In this document: positions 8,046 through 16,960 of the stretch, piece by piece
How the letters are laid out: each line of letters opens with the position of its first letter
Numbering within the stretch: position 1 is the first letter of the stretch
DNA from: an uncultured virus (IMG/VR IMGVR_UViG_3300030333_007861)
Taxonomy: Duplodnaviria; Heunggongvirae; Uroviricota; Caudoviricetes
DNA: 20,000 nucleotides
Virus record (IMG/VR): IMGVR_UViG_3300030333_007861
Strand: one strand, 5' to 3'
Made by a program: the position numbers and the translations under genes
Notes under the pieces: generated by a model
What the model saw: only the letters and a program-made list of their open reading frames with translations
Told to the model about the DNA's origin: nothing
Databases searched by the model: none

Positions 8046-8965
8046 TCGTCACCACTCCTGTATTGAGGACACCATTGCATATATTCACAGCGTGCGCATT
8101 TGAAACCTTCACGGTTAGGGTCAGCCATCTTGAAAGACTCTTCCAAATACATCTTCACAAGGTCTCCCAGACGTTTCATCATAGCCCGCTCACTCACACG
8201 CTTGCATTTCTCATATGATACATGGTCAGCGGCACTATACCTCCAACCCCAGTGAGTCACTGCACGGTCCAGATTCTTTTCCTGTAATTCCTGAAGGTCA
8301 CTATTCTCAATGAGCATCTTATAGAATGCCATCTCCATTCTCATCTCTGATAATTTGTATCTCTCATCCCATTTCCCTGTCTTCAGTTCCATCAAAGCCA
8401 GCCCCCCATCATCATCGAGGAAGACGCGGTCAATGATACCGACTAATTGTACAGGTACTCCTTCTACCTCTATTCTCGGTGTCAAGATTACTTCATTTGC
8501 CACAGGTAGGAAATTCTCAACTGTGGTGTGGGTAAGTCGGGAGGCTTCATGCGCTAAGAGCCATTGTATATTATGGTTGTAGTCTCTTTCATACAATGGC
8601 TCTGCCCGGCTACGCTCATCTCTATTGTTCATAATCTGCTCTGTGGAAGGTAACCAATTCTTCAGGGCCCCTTTGACTAAACGCATATCTCCGTTCTTCG
8701 CTCTTGCTTGTAGTTCTGGTAGTTCATCTGGTTTCGCGTTGTCGTAAAAGTATTCCAGAGCATAGTGCACATCGTTTCCAATGACGAGCCATGAGTTGAG
8801 TTCAGTCTCCACCTCTGGGTGGTTCTTATTGAGCCACATTTGCTGAGCACACCATTTAGTACTCACCAATGTAGACTTACTGATACGGATGATAGTATCA
8901 TCCATTTCAGGAGTCCAACCATATGATGAGCCATCACTGTATATTCTCGGCCCTGTATCGCTCAA
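8042..8965 (-). CDS. Cas4/RecB-like PD-(D/E)xK nuclease
   Basis: ISKS..WC, GNDVH, GIIDRV, MELKTG, EMAFY, C-terminal CARCEYMQWC (four-Cys arrangement). Confidence 0.9.
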   Translation of the reverse strand: MSDTGPRIYSDGSSYGWTPEMDDTIIRISKSTLVSTKWCAQQMWLNKNHPEVETELNSWLVIGNDVHYALEYFYDNAKPDELPELQARAKNGDMRLVKGALKNWLPSTEQIMNNRDERSRAEPLYERDYNHNIQWLLAHEASRLTHTTVENFLPVANEVILTPRIEVEGVPVQLVGIIDRVFLDDDGGLALMELKTGKWDERYKLSEMRMEMAFYKMLIENSDLQELQEKNLDRAVTHWGWRYSAADHVSYEKCKRVSERAMMKRLGDLVKMYLEESFKMADPNREGFKCARCEYMQWCPQYRSGDE

Positions 8966-9149
8966 GTTCTTCTACCTCCTCTTTGAGTTTCTCGACATAG
9001 ACTGCCGCATCAAGGAGTTCGTCTTGTAGATGTTGTAACCACTCTTGTAAAGAGAGGTCACCTCTTTCCATACTCACCCCGTATGTGTCCAGTCCTTTCT
9101 CTGCGCGCTTTTCAATGCGGTCAACAACACGCTTTTCAAATTTAGACAT
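8934..9149 (-). CDS. Small all-alpha viral protein, possibly MazG/dUTPase-like fold (71 aa)
   Basis: R..KG..TYG...R.DL...WLQHLQDELLDAAVY pattern common in phages; function inferred. Confidence 0.7.
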   Translation of the reverse strand: MSKFEKRVVDRIEKRAEKGLDTYGVSMERGDLSLQEWLQHLQDELLDAAVYVEKLKEEVEELERYRAENIQ

Positions 9150-9234
9150 CGAAAGTCAAACCCCATTCAGTCAGCGTCGTTTGTGTCGTCCCGTTCTCTA
9201 TTTCCATATTCCATTCTGTCAGTTTTCTTTGCAT
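9142..9234 (-). CDS. 30-aa microprotein with two PIP-like boxes (MQRKLTEWNMEIENGTTQTTLTEWGLTFDV), not in ORF track
   Basis: ATG 5 nt after polB stop with GGTGGTGA RBS; fills the gap and overlaps next start; QRKLTEW and QTTLTEW. Confidence 0.75.
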   Translation of the reverse strand: MQRKLTEWNMEIENGTTQTTLTEWGLTFDV

Positions 9235-9239
9235 TTTTT

Positions 9240-11481
9240 TCACCACCATCCGTAGTTCTTCGGTCTTGGTGCCCCGAGTGCTCCCTCAAGGTCCCATTCG
9301 AGTGTGTCGTACACACTCTTCAGTTTCGCTTTCACCATCTTCTGAAGGATGGTTTCAGCATCGAGTTCGAAACCTTCTATATCAGAAGGCTCACGGAACC
9401 CGACAATGTCAGTCACCTCCATACCTGAAGGTGTTGATGACACGTAAGTCCATTTGACAGAGTCCCCCTTCTTGAAGGGGTCATCTCCCATGTTTCTGTT
9501 GTAGTAATCGGCGGCTTTACTGCCACCGCTCAATGTTTTGTAATCTCTCAGATTCATTCCTAAACGTGTAGAGAGAGATACACGTTTGATGTCAATGACA
9601 CCTTCACGTAAGTCCTTAGAAAGGGGGAGAAGGACTTCAGATACTTCGCCTTCTGACGCCCCATTCAAGACCATTTCAAATACCAGCCTCTGTACTTCTT
9701 TAGAGAGGGGTGCAGTATTGCTCGCCTTTAGGCCGAACCCTGCTACTTTCATCTTCCCTTCTTCTTCAACAGGCCATTCGATGCGACCAACATAGCGATT
9801 CTTTTTCGCTAATAACCAGTANNNNNNNNNNACATTCGTATCCACGCTCAGAAGAGACCTTGTCTAATAATCGTATGCATCTTCTACCCTCACTTGTGAT
9901 GGTATGAGCGATGTCTGCGTCAGCCCAACCATATCCAATGTGTGCAGTCATACCATAAAGGGAAGCCATGACTCTCTTTACAGCAGACTGGGTTGTGTTC
10001 CAAGCATCTCTTTCTTCGACACTCTTAGCATGCTTCATGTTCTCTTTACAGATTGCGCGATATTCGAAAAGATAGTCGACCACTTTAGGTAGAAGCCCTT
10101 TCTCTCTCTGGTCCCAGTAAGACCCATTCTCCAATTGAGTAATACCTTCCCCGGGCCCATCACGTTTTGTTTCATAGGATAAATTATGCCCAACGATAAG
10201 AGAAGGGTATAGTCCCTTGTAATCGATAATGGCAACTCCCTCATGGAGACCAGTCACACAATTCAACCCTACTTCTGCGCCTTTCAATTTCTGGTCATCA
10301 GATGCACGGAAACGCGATGCTGCCTTACGTTGTGTTCTACGTGATAGAAGCCCGCGTGCAAAGTTCGTGACGTTACAGGCTGACTGTAGACTGACCCCAC
10401 AGAGACGAACCATCTCTACATAGAAGTCTGTCACGTTTCGCGCCTCGTCAATACCACGAAGGAGAACAGTATCTAACAGACAATAGTCGATGAATTCTTC
10501 CCAGTATTCATACCAACCATTGTGTACATCCATCCCTTCAATCTCCTCTGTGAGTTTAGAGCCAAGGCCCAGAATCTCAGCGATGGTATTCAACTTCCTG
10601 TCTGGTAGTTGGCCGCCACCACTATCCTTCCACACCCTTTCGAAACCCGTACCGCTCTGAGCAGGGGAAGCAGTGTCGAACTGCCAGCGACCAGCGATAG
10701 GTTGGTCTGTGAAATCGTAGGAGTCTTCCCCTCTTCTCGGTCTACGAATGATACCAAGAGGGCTCAATCGAGAAGCGCCACCATGCCCATAGATATGGTC
10801 AAGGCGCTCAACCATGTGAGGTATGTCGAAGAAAGTTCCTGCGTGAGCAATCATCATATCAGGGTCCCGCTCATGGAGGAAGTCAATGAAATTCTCATAC
10901 AACTGCCTCTCACTGAAACAGAGATGTAATTCATATTCTACATCGCGCACTTTTCTATGAATCAATTCTCTACTTCGTCCTGTAAGTGAGTAAGGACAAT
11001 TGGTTCGGTCATCGGCCCAAGCGAACACCACAGGGGTGTCAAGGTCACTATCAATGACAGCGATGACGGTAGTGAATGAATCGTCTCCAGTGTCACATTC
11101 TATGTCATACCACCACTTACGTGGTTTCCATGCTGGCATCTCCTGAACATTATCAATGAGCCATCGGTCAGTAAATCGAACATCCGCTTCATAGGTGCGC
11201 TCAAACATCTCGCGCATCTTTGTGACATCATAAGGACTGTGTGCTTCTATCTTGAACAGGGGTGTCCCGTCCAAGCCCGTGGCTGTCTCATCTTGACACA
11301 CACGTGCCGTAGGGAAGGAGCGCTTGAGTCTACTGAGACGAAACTCAGGTGTGCTTGCCGGTACCCAGAAATAAGGTTTGAAATCGAACTGTCTACGCTC
11401 AATAAGATTACCATTCTCATCTCTCGACCGAGTGTAGATGATAGGAGTATCATCGTCTCTGAATATATTATCAATCAACAT
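9240..11481 (-). CDS. polB: Family B DNA polymerase (probably one gene; 10-N gap at 9822-9831 hides motif C)
   Basis: YEADV, ExoI YDIE, ExoII FFDIP, ExoIII YCLLD, motif A DYKGLYPS, motif B KRVMASLYG, KKNRY and thumb region after the gap. Confidence 0.95.
9822..9831. other. Assembly gap (10 N)
   Basis: Run of N; true length unknown, probably longer because motif C and following residues are missing. Confidence 0.98.
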
Positions 11482-11527
11482 TCATCTTCACCTATTGAAT
11501 GAAGTCCCTTTGGTAGTGGGTGCCATG

Positions 11528-12181
11528 TCATTCCTCTTCAGCCTCCAATTCTTGCTTAGTTACAATCATAGGTCTACCCCAATCACCACCTATACAAAGT
11601 TCAGTGCCTTCTCCTTTCTTATCTTTGTAGAGTTTCTCACCTAAACCAAATTGAATGTGAGTAACAGGGCACTTACTAATTTCTAAATCAACAAACTTAC
11701 TTCCATCTAATTTATCTTGTAGGTATCTAATATGCCCTTCAGGGCTATATTCCCCAGTATCATAATCACACCAACTGGGTTGCCACCTTCTTGAACGCAT
11801 ATGTATATCCCACCATTCACCATGAGAAAGATGAGAGGCTCTATCAAATACTCTGATAGCCAACCATGCCCAATATTGAAAGCCAGAATAGTTTTCACTG
11901 TCTTTATGGCAAGGGGAGCATAGAATGTGTATGTTCGTCCATTTCCAAGAGCCGCCAAAGGATTTTGGCCAAATATGACATTTTTCCATATATTCTCTTT
12001 TGCAGCCACAGCCCATACAATGTCCCTTTTCAAGATGTAAAAATTCTTTCAATGGTTCAGGACAATATTCAATCCATATATCTATAACTTCATCTGCCTT
12101 TTTACTACTACATTTGATTGGTTTTTCTATCACTACTTCATACAAATCCATGTCAATTTGTGACATAATTATTTGTCTCAT
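11528..12181 (-). CDS. Free-standing HNH endonuclease
   Basis: CMGCG...HIWPKSFGG...NIHILCSPCH; sequence visibly more AT-rich than flanks. Confidence 0.88.
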   Translation of the reverse strand: MRQIIMSQIDMDLYEVVIEKPIKCSSKKADEVIDIWIEYCPEPLKEFLHLEKGHCMGCGCKREYMEKCHIWPKSFGGSWKWTNIHILCSPCHKDSENYSGFQYWAWLAIRVFDRASHLSHGEWWDIHMRSRRWQPSWCDYDTGEYSPEGHIRYLQDKLDGSKFVDLEISKCPVTHIQFGLGEKLYKDKKGEGTELCIGGDWGRPMIVTKQELEAEEE

Positions 12182-12276
12182 TCCTCTTCACCCTCCTTGA
12201 GTTTCTTGCGACGTGTGACCCAACCTTTGAGAGCACTCAAACGACGCTTCTCTTTCTCTTCCTCGTATTTGTCCAT
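12178..12276 (-). CDS. 32-aa charged peptide (MDKYEEEKEKRRLSALKGWVTRRKKLKEGEEE), not in ORF track
   Basis: Abuts upstream stop and overlaps downstream ATG (ATGA); basic helix SAxKGWxTRR. Confidence 0.7.
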   Translation of the reverse strand: MDKYEEEKEKRRLSALKGWVTRRKKLKEGEEE

Positions 12277-13032
12277 TCAATTCCCACCTTGTTGGTCGAG
12301 AATAATGAGTAGATGTTCTTTCTCAACATGTCGGAGTACCAAGATGTAGTCATCAGCAGTGAAGACATCCACTACCCCAGTGGGGATGCACTGCATCAAT
12401 GTAGGGAACCAAGGCCCGAATACCGAAGATGCTTCAGGACCATCGAAGGTCTCCAGTTCATTACCCACCTTCATCTTCACACCACCTGCGCGCCCTGCTG
12501 ATACACTGAACTGCGCTTGTTGAGGGTCGAAGATGGTAGAATATGTCATGTCCTTTCCAACGACCTTTTGCATGTCACTGACTTCACCTAACCACTGTGT
12601 CTTCAGTAGCATATGAGAGGTCAATGGTTGACCAGCCCAACTCTTCCAGAGGCCATTCTCTGCCTCATCAACCAAGAGAAGCGCGCGAGGTACATTCACA
12701 TAAGAGCGGATGTAGTCAGAAGCAGGCATCTCTACACTGGTCATCCCACAGGACATCTTGAGCGGGCGCCCTTTTGGTTGCCATATGTTAATGATGTTGG
12801 CGCTTTTAGGTAAGGCCTTGAGGAAAGAGAGAACCTTTGGAATGTCACTGAAGACAACCTCTCCTGCGTCCTCCACATCGGCAGGCATCTGAGTCCTCAA
12901 GAGATGAGTGGGGAGGGCAACTATACCCTCCAATCTCCCTGCTTTGGCCTCAGCCCGAAGGTCACCGACCCCCGGGCCGAAGCCTGTCAAGAACCCCTTG
13001 AGGAGGGCCTTATCGATATTCAATCTCACCAT
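12277..13032 (-). CDS. Putative divergent sliding clamp (PCNA-like, 251 aa)
   Basis: Size and alpha/beta pattern fit PCNA; lies between RFC/SSB/ATPase and polB; no diagnostic motif recognised. Confidence 0.65.
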   Translation of the reverse strand: MVRLNIDKALLKGFLTGFGPGVGDLRAEAKAGRLEGIVALPTHLLRTQMPADVEDAGEVVFSDIPKVLSFLKALPKSANIINIWQPKGRPLKMSCGMTSVEMPASDYIRSYVNVPRALLLVDEAENGLWKSWAGQPLTSHMLLKTQWLGEVSDMQKVVGKDMTYSTIFDPQQAQFSVSAGRAGGVKMKVGNELETFDGPEASSVFGPWFPTLMQCIPTGVVDVFTADDYILVLRHVEKEHLLIILDQQGGN

Positions 13033-13253
13033 GTGAACATCCTACCAAAACGAACAAGATATTCAGTCGAGCATAGTGCACAGAGCGGTCTTTCTTTCAC
13101 ACGGTCACCGATTTGCCATATCTCAGGCACACCAGTATCGATTTCCTCAGAACATAGGCGTTCACTCTGCACTACAAAGTGGAGGACGGGCGGCTCGTTG
13201 TATTTACAACTCGGAGCCTTATGCCCTGTCTCCCCACACACACTGCATGCCAT
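13026..13253 (-). CDS. Zinc-knuckle protein (75 aa)
   Basis: CSVCGETGHKAPSC (CX2CX4HX4C) plus further Cys; TAATG coupling at 13253. Confidence 0.8.
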   Translation of the reverse strand: MACSVCGETGHKAPSCKYNEPPVLHFVVQSERLCSEEIDTGVPEIWQIGDRVKERPLCALCSTEYLVRFGRMFTW

Positions 13254-14254
13254 TACTCTCCACCACGTAGTTCTGGTAAACCGAACCACTTAGCAGGCTG
13301 TCCTTCATTGGTGACCATCACGGTTCTGCGCTGGTCTACCAAATCAGAGTCGGTTTTCCACTTAACGAACTCAGCCTCGTATCGGACCTCTCCAGTTCTC
13401 GCGCCTGTCTCATCTCTCACAGGCGTTTTATGCATGCGGATAATCTGATTCAGGTAGTTTCCAGTCTGCTTCTCCCAATCAGGTTTGTATTGACCTGACG
13501 GGTTGTGGCCATCATACTCTTCTTTCAGGTGAGTCTCTACGAAACAGCGCACACCTAATCGCATGAGTTCTCTGCATTGAGCAGTGAGCATATGGAATCT
13601 CGTGGCACGAATCTGCCAATTGAATCGCAGCCCTACTTTCTCATGAGGTTTGATTTGCGCTCCTATTCCATCAGGTGCAGTACCAAGGTCTTCAATCAAC
13701 ATGCAGTTCTTAGCGACAGTGTCCCACAAATCGAGTGCGGTGACGAGCAAGGTATGAAGACGTGGGCCTTGGTAATCTTTGGCTTGTTGTCTCTCTGCCC
13801 AATCGACTGCTTCTTGCAGGATAGCCATTGTTCGGTTGTGGGTAGCAGGGTAGTCAAAAGCGTCTCGACTGTTCTTCTGCATGACCCAAGGGTTCAATGT
13901 TCGGATATTCCTCATCCTCTCTTTGTGATAAGAGGAACGTAGTGTTTTACCACCGCCATCGAAATCAACAATGAGGATACAATCCCCTTTATCCAGTTCT
14001 TCTTTCATCAGACTGTCGAGAACTATACCAGTCTTACAGGTTCCTTCATGTCCGATAACACCACAGAACATCAGAGACTCCACTACATCTTCAGCAGCGT
14101 TCTCTATCTCTTCCCACATAGATGTAGGAGCAGGGGGAGGAGCAGTGTGGGAGGGAGTCGAGGGGACGAGGCCGGGGACCTCATCCATCTCGATACTCAC
14201 CTCCTCTTCAGGGGTGTCCTTCTCCTCAACGAGTTTCTTGAAACCACCCATCAC
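13253..14254 (-). CDS. RecA-fold P-loop ATPase (Sak4/AAA_24/RadA-like recombination protein)
   Basis: Walker A variant GHEGTCKT, IVDFDGG, FVETHLKEEY; Pro/acidic N-terminal linker; adjacent to putative SSB. Confidence 0.75.
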   Translation of the reverse strand: MMGGFKKLVEEKDTPEEEVSIEMDEVPGLVPSTPSHTAPPPAPTSMWEEIENAAEDVVESLMFCGVIGHEGTCKTGIVLDSLMKEELDKGDCILIVDFDGGGKTLRSSYHKERMRNIRTLNPWVMQKNSRDAFDYPATHNRTMAILQEAVDWAERQQAKDYQGPRLHTLLVTALDLWDTVAKNCMLIEDLGTAPDGIGAQIKPHEKVGLRFNWQIRATRFHMLTAQCRELMRLGVRCFVETHLKEEYDGHNPSGQYKPDWEKQTGNYLNQIIRMHKTPVRDETGARTGEVRYEAEFVKWKTDSDLVDQRRTVMVTNEGQPAKWFGLPELRGGE

Positions 14255-15594
14255 TCATCACCACTGAACTGGCTCAGGTTCGTGTTGCCACCCTCACCTG
14301 CAGGTATAGCGAGACGAGGTACGGCGTACACACCCATAGCGTTGATTTTCGGTACATCACCATCATCAGTTCTGCGAACACCGAGGCGTCCGAAGATGAT
14401 AACAGTAGACTTCACAGCGTAAGGCTTCCAACCATCTTCACTGTGATAATCGAATGCGTGGTTTTCCTGAGCAAGGTGCCCGTGAATGCGGACGCTCAAC
14501 TCTTGCATCATCATGTTCGTTGGGTATGCCCTCTGAAGAGCGAAGGAGGAAACACGCATGATGTAATCCTTCCCAGTAGGGTCGAATTCGCTGTCATATC
14601 CTTCCTTGTTCATGTGCATGACCCTTGCTTTGATTGCCACTAATGGACCAACCGGGTTGTCGATTCCTGTAATTTTCTCAGACTTATCCTCATAGAGGTC
14701 AGTCAGGTCAGTCAAGTCATCTACCCAAGAACCCAAGGCCTTAACGAAATTCTCTCCTTGTAGGAGTGCTCTCTCATCTTCAGGCACAAAGTCATCAGTG
14801 TATGTGATATTATCGAAGAAGCGATTCACTCCTGAGTATGTGTCCTCCCAGCCGGGATTTACATTCTTCCTTACACGCACACGTATTTTACACGACTCAA
14901 ACATTCGAACAGACTTTGAACATTCATTGAGGTCAGAGGCACTCACAGTGATACGCAGTGAGCGAATCTCATCATCCAGTTTATCGGCTGAGTTACCCTC
15001 GAATCGGAAAGTTCTCGTCCACATGTAAGGAGCGATAGGCTCCCCGTGTCGTCCCCATTCAGGATTGTTCTGCAGAAGAGCAAGTTGCATCCCACCATCC
15101 TCTACAAGGAACCATGGGGCTACACCCTCTTCATATCGTTCTTGTGTACTTGCGACAATTCCATTCGCTTTCTCCAACATCCAGACTCCACCCTCTACAA
15201 AGGCGCGAGCCACTCTTCCACTCTCAAGTGCATCAGTCAGGCCTTGTTCCCTCACAATGCGGAGAGCCGCTGCCCTGTCTCTTTCTCTACGGTCACGAAC
15301 TTTCGACTCTATACCGACGAACATTCCCACAAACTCTTCACTTTCACCTGCACTTCCACCACCACTGCTGACGCGCCTTTCAACCACGAAGGTCTCAGAA
15401 GCCTCAACAATGAATCCGTCGTCTTCTTCACTGAAGTCCATCATGCCGAATGATTCAGCACAATATTCCGAGAAGCCTTCAATGGCTTCTTCCTCGGTCT
15501 TCCCGTGTAGTTCAGCCCACCAACGTAGGCGCTCCAATGCCTCTTCAGGCAATTCTCCATTCGTTTTCTTTCTTTTCAATCCAGTCATTTTCAT
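14251..15594 (-). CDS. Putative ssDNA-binding protein (RPA-like, OB folds), 447 aa
   Basis: Acidic, beta-rich (KSTVIIFGRL, INAMGVYAVP), flexible tail ending NTNLSQF; function inferred mainly from context. Confidence 0.55.
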   Translation of the reverse strand: MKMTGLKRKKTNGELPEEALERLRWWAELHGKTEEEAIEGFSEYCAESFGMMDFSEEDDGFIVEASETFVVERRVSSGGGSAGESEEFVGMFVGIESKVRDRRERDRAAALRIVREQGLTDALESGRVARAFVEGGVWMLEKANGIVASTQERYEEGVAPWFLVEDGGMQLALLQNNPEWGRHGEPIAPYMWTRTFRFEGNSADKLDDEIRSLRITVSASDLNECSKSVRMFESCKIRVRVRKNVNPGWEDTYSGVNRFFDNITYTDDFVPEDERALLQGENFVKALGSWVDDLTDLTDLYEDKSEKITGIDNPVGPLVAIKARVMHMNKEGYDSEFDPTGKDYIMRVSSFALQRAYPTNMMMQELSVRIHGHLAQENHAFDYHSEDGWKPYAVKSTVIIFGRLGVRRTDDGDVPKINAMGVYAVPRLAIPAGEGGNTNLSQFSGDE

Positions 15595-15622
15595 TCCTCT
15601 TTTTTTTCTTTCCTTGTTTGTT

Positions 15623-16510
15623 TCAGTCCCGTGCTGTGACAGCCACCTTACCTACAAACCAATCAATGAACCCTGAGTCACCCAAGGGCCATAGATGTGC
15701 AGATAGGACGGCGTCGCCCCATACACTGGAATATGCATAGAAATCATCAGCAGTCATGGCATCAGGTACCATCTCTCTGACGATGTCGTGGAGTCTGCGC
15801 AGAATGGTAAATCTATCATGTCCTTCCCATGACAGTTTCTGCATCTCCAATCTCAAATCTTCCCAAGCACCACCTATCAAAGACAGGGCTGCTTGAGATA
15901 TAGTATTCATCTCATTACCGATAGCGCGGTCAAGGTCTTCCCTCACTGAGGAAGACATGATGAGGTTGCGCACTCTGCGCAGGTCTCCTCCTGTTGCTGT
16001 CTGGATACGACAAGCCGTCTCCTCATCGACATCATAGGAAGGGTCGAGCATCCCAATGAATTGTTGAATGTGCTCTTCATTATACGGTGTGAATGTTATT
16101 GTGTTACATCTGCTACGAAGAGCAGGTATGAGATTACTCTCTACGTTAGCAGTTAGGATAAACCACGCTTGCCCAGTCTCTATGATTCTGCGCAGCGCAT
16201 CCTGTGCCTGCTTAGTTAATCCATCAGCCTCATCAAGAAGGATGATGCGATTCTCTCCCCATCCACGCTGGGTGGAGAGTTCCTTTATTCGTGTACGGAC
16301 CATATCAATACCACGCTCATCGCTCGCATTGAACTCATGTAGTTCAGCATTCACATAGTCAGCAATGGCGTGAGCCAAGGTCGTTTTACCAAGGCCCGGA
16401 GGCCCAACAAAGAGAAGGTCAGGAATCTCTTCTGATTCTTCAAGTATTCTTTTCACATGTCCAACCGCATGGGTTGGGTCGTCTATTCCAATCATTTGTT
16501 CTATTTTCAT
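15623..16510 (-). CDS. rfcS: Replication factor C small subunit (clamp loader)
   Basis: LLFVGPPGLGKTT, FNASDERGID, ILLDEADGLT, AQDALRR, ALRSRC. Confidence 0.96.
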   Translation of the reverse strand: MKIEQMIGIDDPTHAVGHVKRILEESEEIPDLLFVGPPGLGKTTLAHAIADYVNAELHEFNASDERGIDMVRTRIKELSTQRGWGENRIILLDEADGLTKQAQDALRRIIETGQAWFILTANVESNLIPALRSRCNTITFTPYNEEHIQQFIGMLDPSYDVDEETACRIQTATGGDLRRVRNLIMSSSVREDLDRAIGNEMNTISQAALSLIGGAWEDLRLEMQKLSWEGHDRFTILRRLHDIVREMVPDAMTADDFYAYSSVWGDAVLSAHLWPLGDSGFIDWFVGKVAVTARD

Positions 16511-16560
16511 GTTCTTTCCTCCTCACCAGTATAGTGGGAACCTCTCAGTTTATATACCCG
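16511..16560 (-). promoter_or_regulatory. Archaeal TATA-box promoter and RBS upstream of rfcS
   Basis: Minus strand GGGTATATAAAC (TATATAAA at 16549-16556) followed ~25 nt later by GGTGAGGAGG and ATG, in one of the few intergenic gaps. Confidence 0.7.
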
Positions 16561-16603
16561 AGGTCAAAAATTGATATTATCGCTTTATTATCATACGATA
16601 ATA

Positions 16604-16960
16604 TCAAAGAGAATCGAGAGTTTGAATCAACTCACACATCTCATCATGTTTCATCTTCCTCATACTTGTAGCGTCCATGGTGAGCATCAGACGCTCAAGG
16701 TTGTCTCGGTCTTTGACGACCTCCCAGACTGGGCCAAGCAGGGACAACAGCCTGCTGATTTCATCTCGGTCTCTTAGGACTCTCCCATTGATACCTTTCT
16801 CTCTTAACCACATTGTGAGACGTGGGGCTTCATCCATGCTGGCGTAGACCTTCCTATGTACTGTATAGCCTAACCTACATTTAGGTGCGAAATGAACGCT
16901 TGCTTGGAAACGCGCGTCTCTGGCTAACCAGCCCATGAAGAAGTCATCACTCAGGTCCAT
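16604..16960 (-). CDS. Degenerate single-motif LAGLIDADG-like protein (118 aa)
   Basis: FFMGWLARDARFQASV...RLGYTV resembles the LAGLIDADG helix and first strands; start at MDLSDD with GGAGAG upstream. Confidence 0.55.
   Translation of the reverse strand: MDLSDDFFMGWLARDARFQASVHFAPKCRLGYTVHRKVYASMDEAPRLTMWLREKGINGRVLRDRDEISRLLSLLGPVWEVVKDRDNLERLMLTMDATSMRKMKHDEMCELIQTLDSL

Noticed and set aside
8042..8965. Cas4 as evidence of a CRISPR-Cas system
   Set aside because: No cas1/cas2 or array; stand-alone Cas4-like nucleases are common in archaeal viruses.
9232..9245. Programmed frameshift or readthrough fusing PolB to the PIP peptide
   Set aside because: In-frame readthrough hits another stop within a few codons, the A-run lies after the stop, and the peptide has its own RBS.
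9240..11481. Naturally split PolB (two ORFs in the track)
   Set aside because: The break coincides with the 10-N gap; a real split or intein cannot be assessed from this assembly.
11475..11531. 18-codon ORF MTWHPLPKGLHSIGEDEC between HNH and polB
   Set aside because: Too short to support; may be only a translational coupler or a gene remnant.
15595..15622. T-rich tract as an archaeal terminator
   Set aside because: The T-run is on the plus strand while the flanking genes are on the minus strand, where it reads as a purine-rich leader/RBS.
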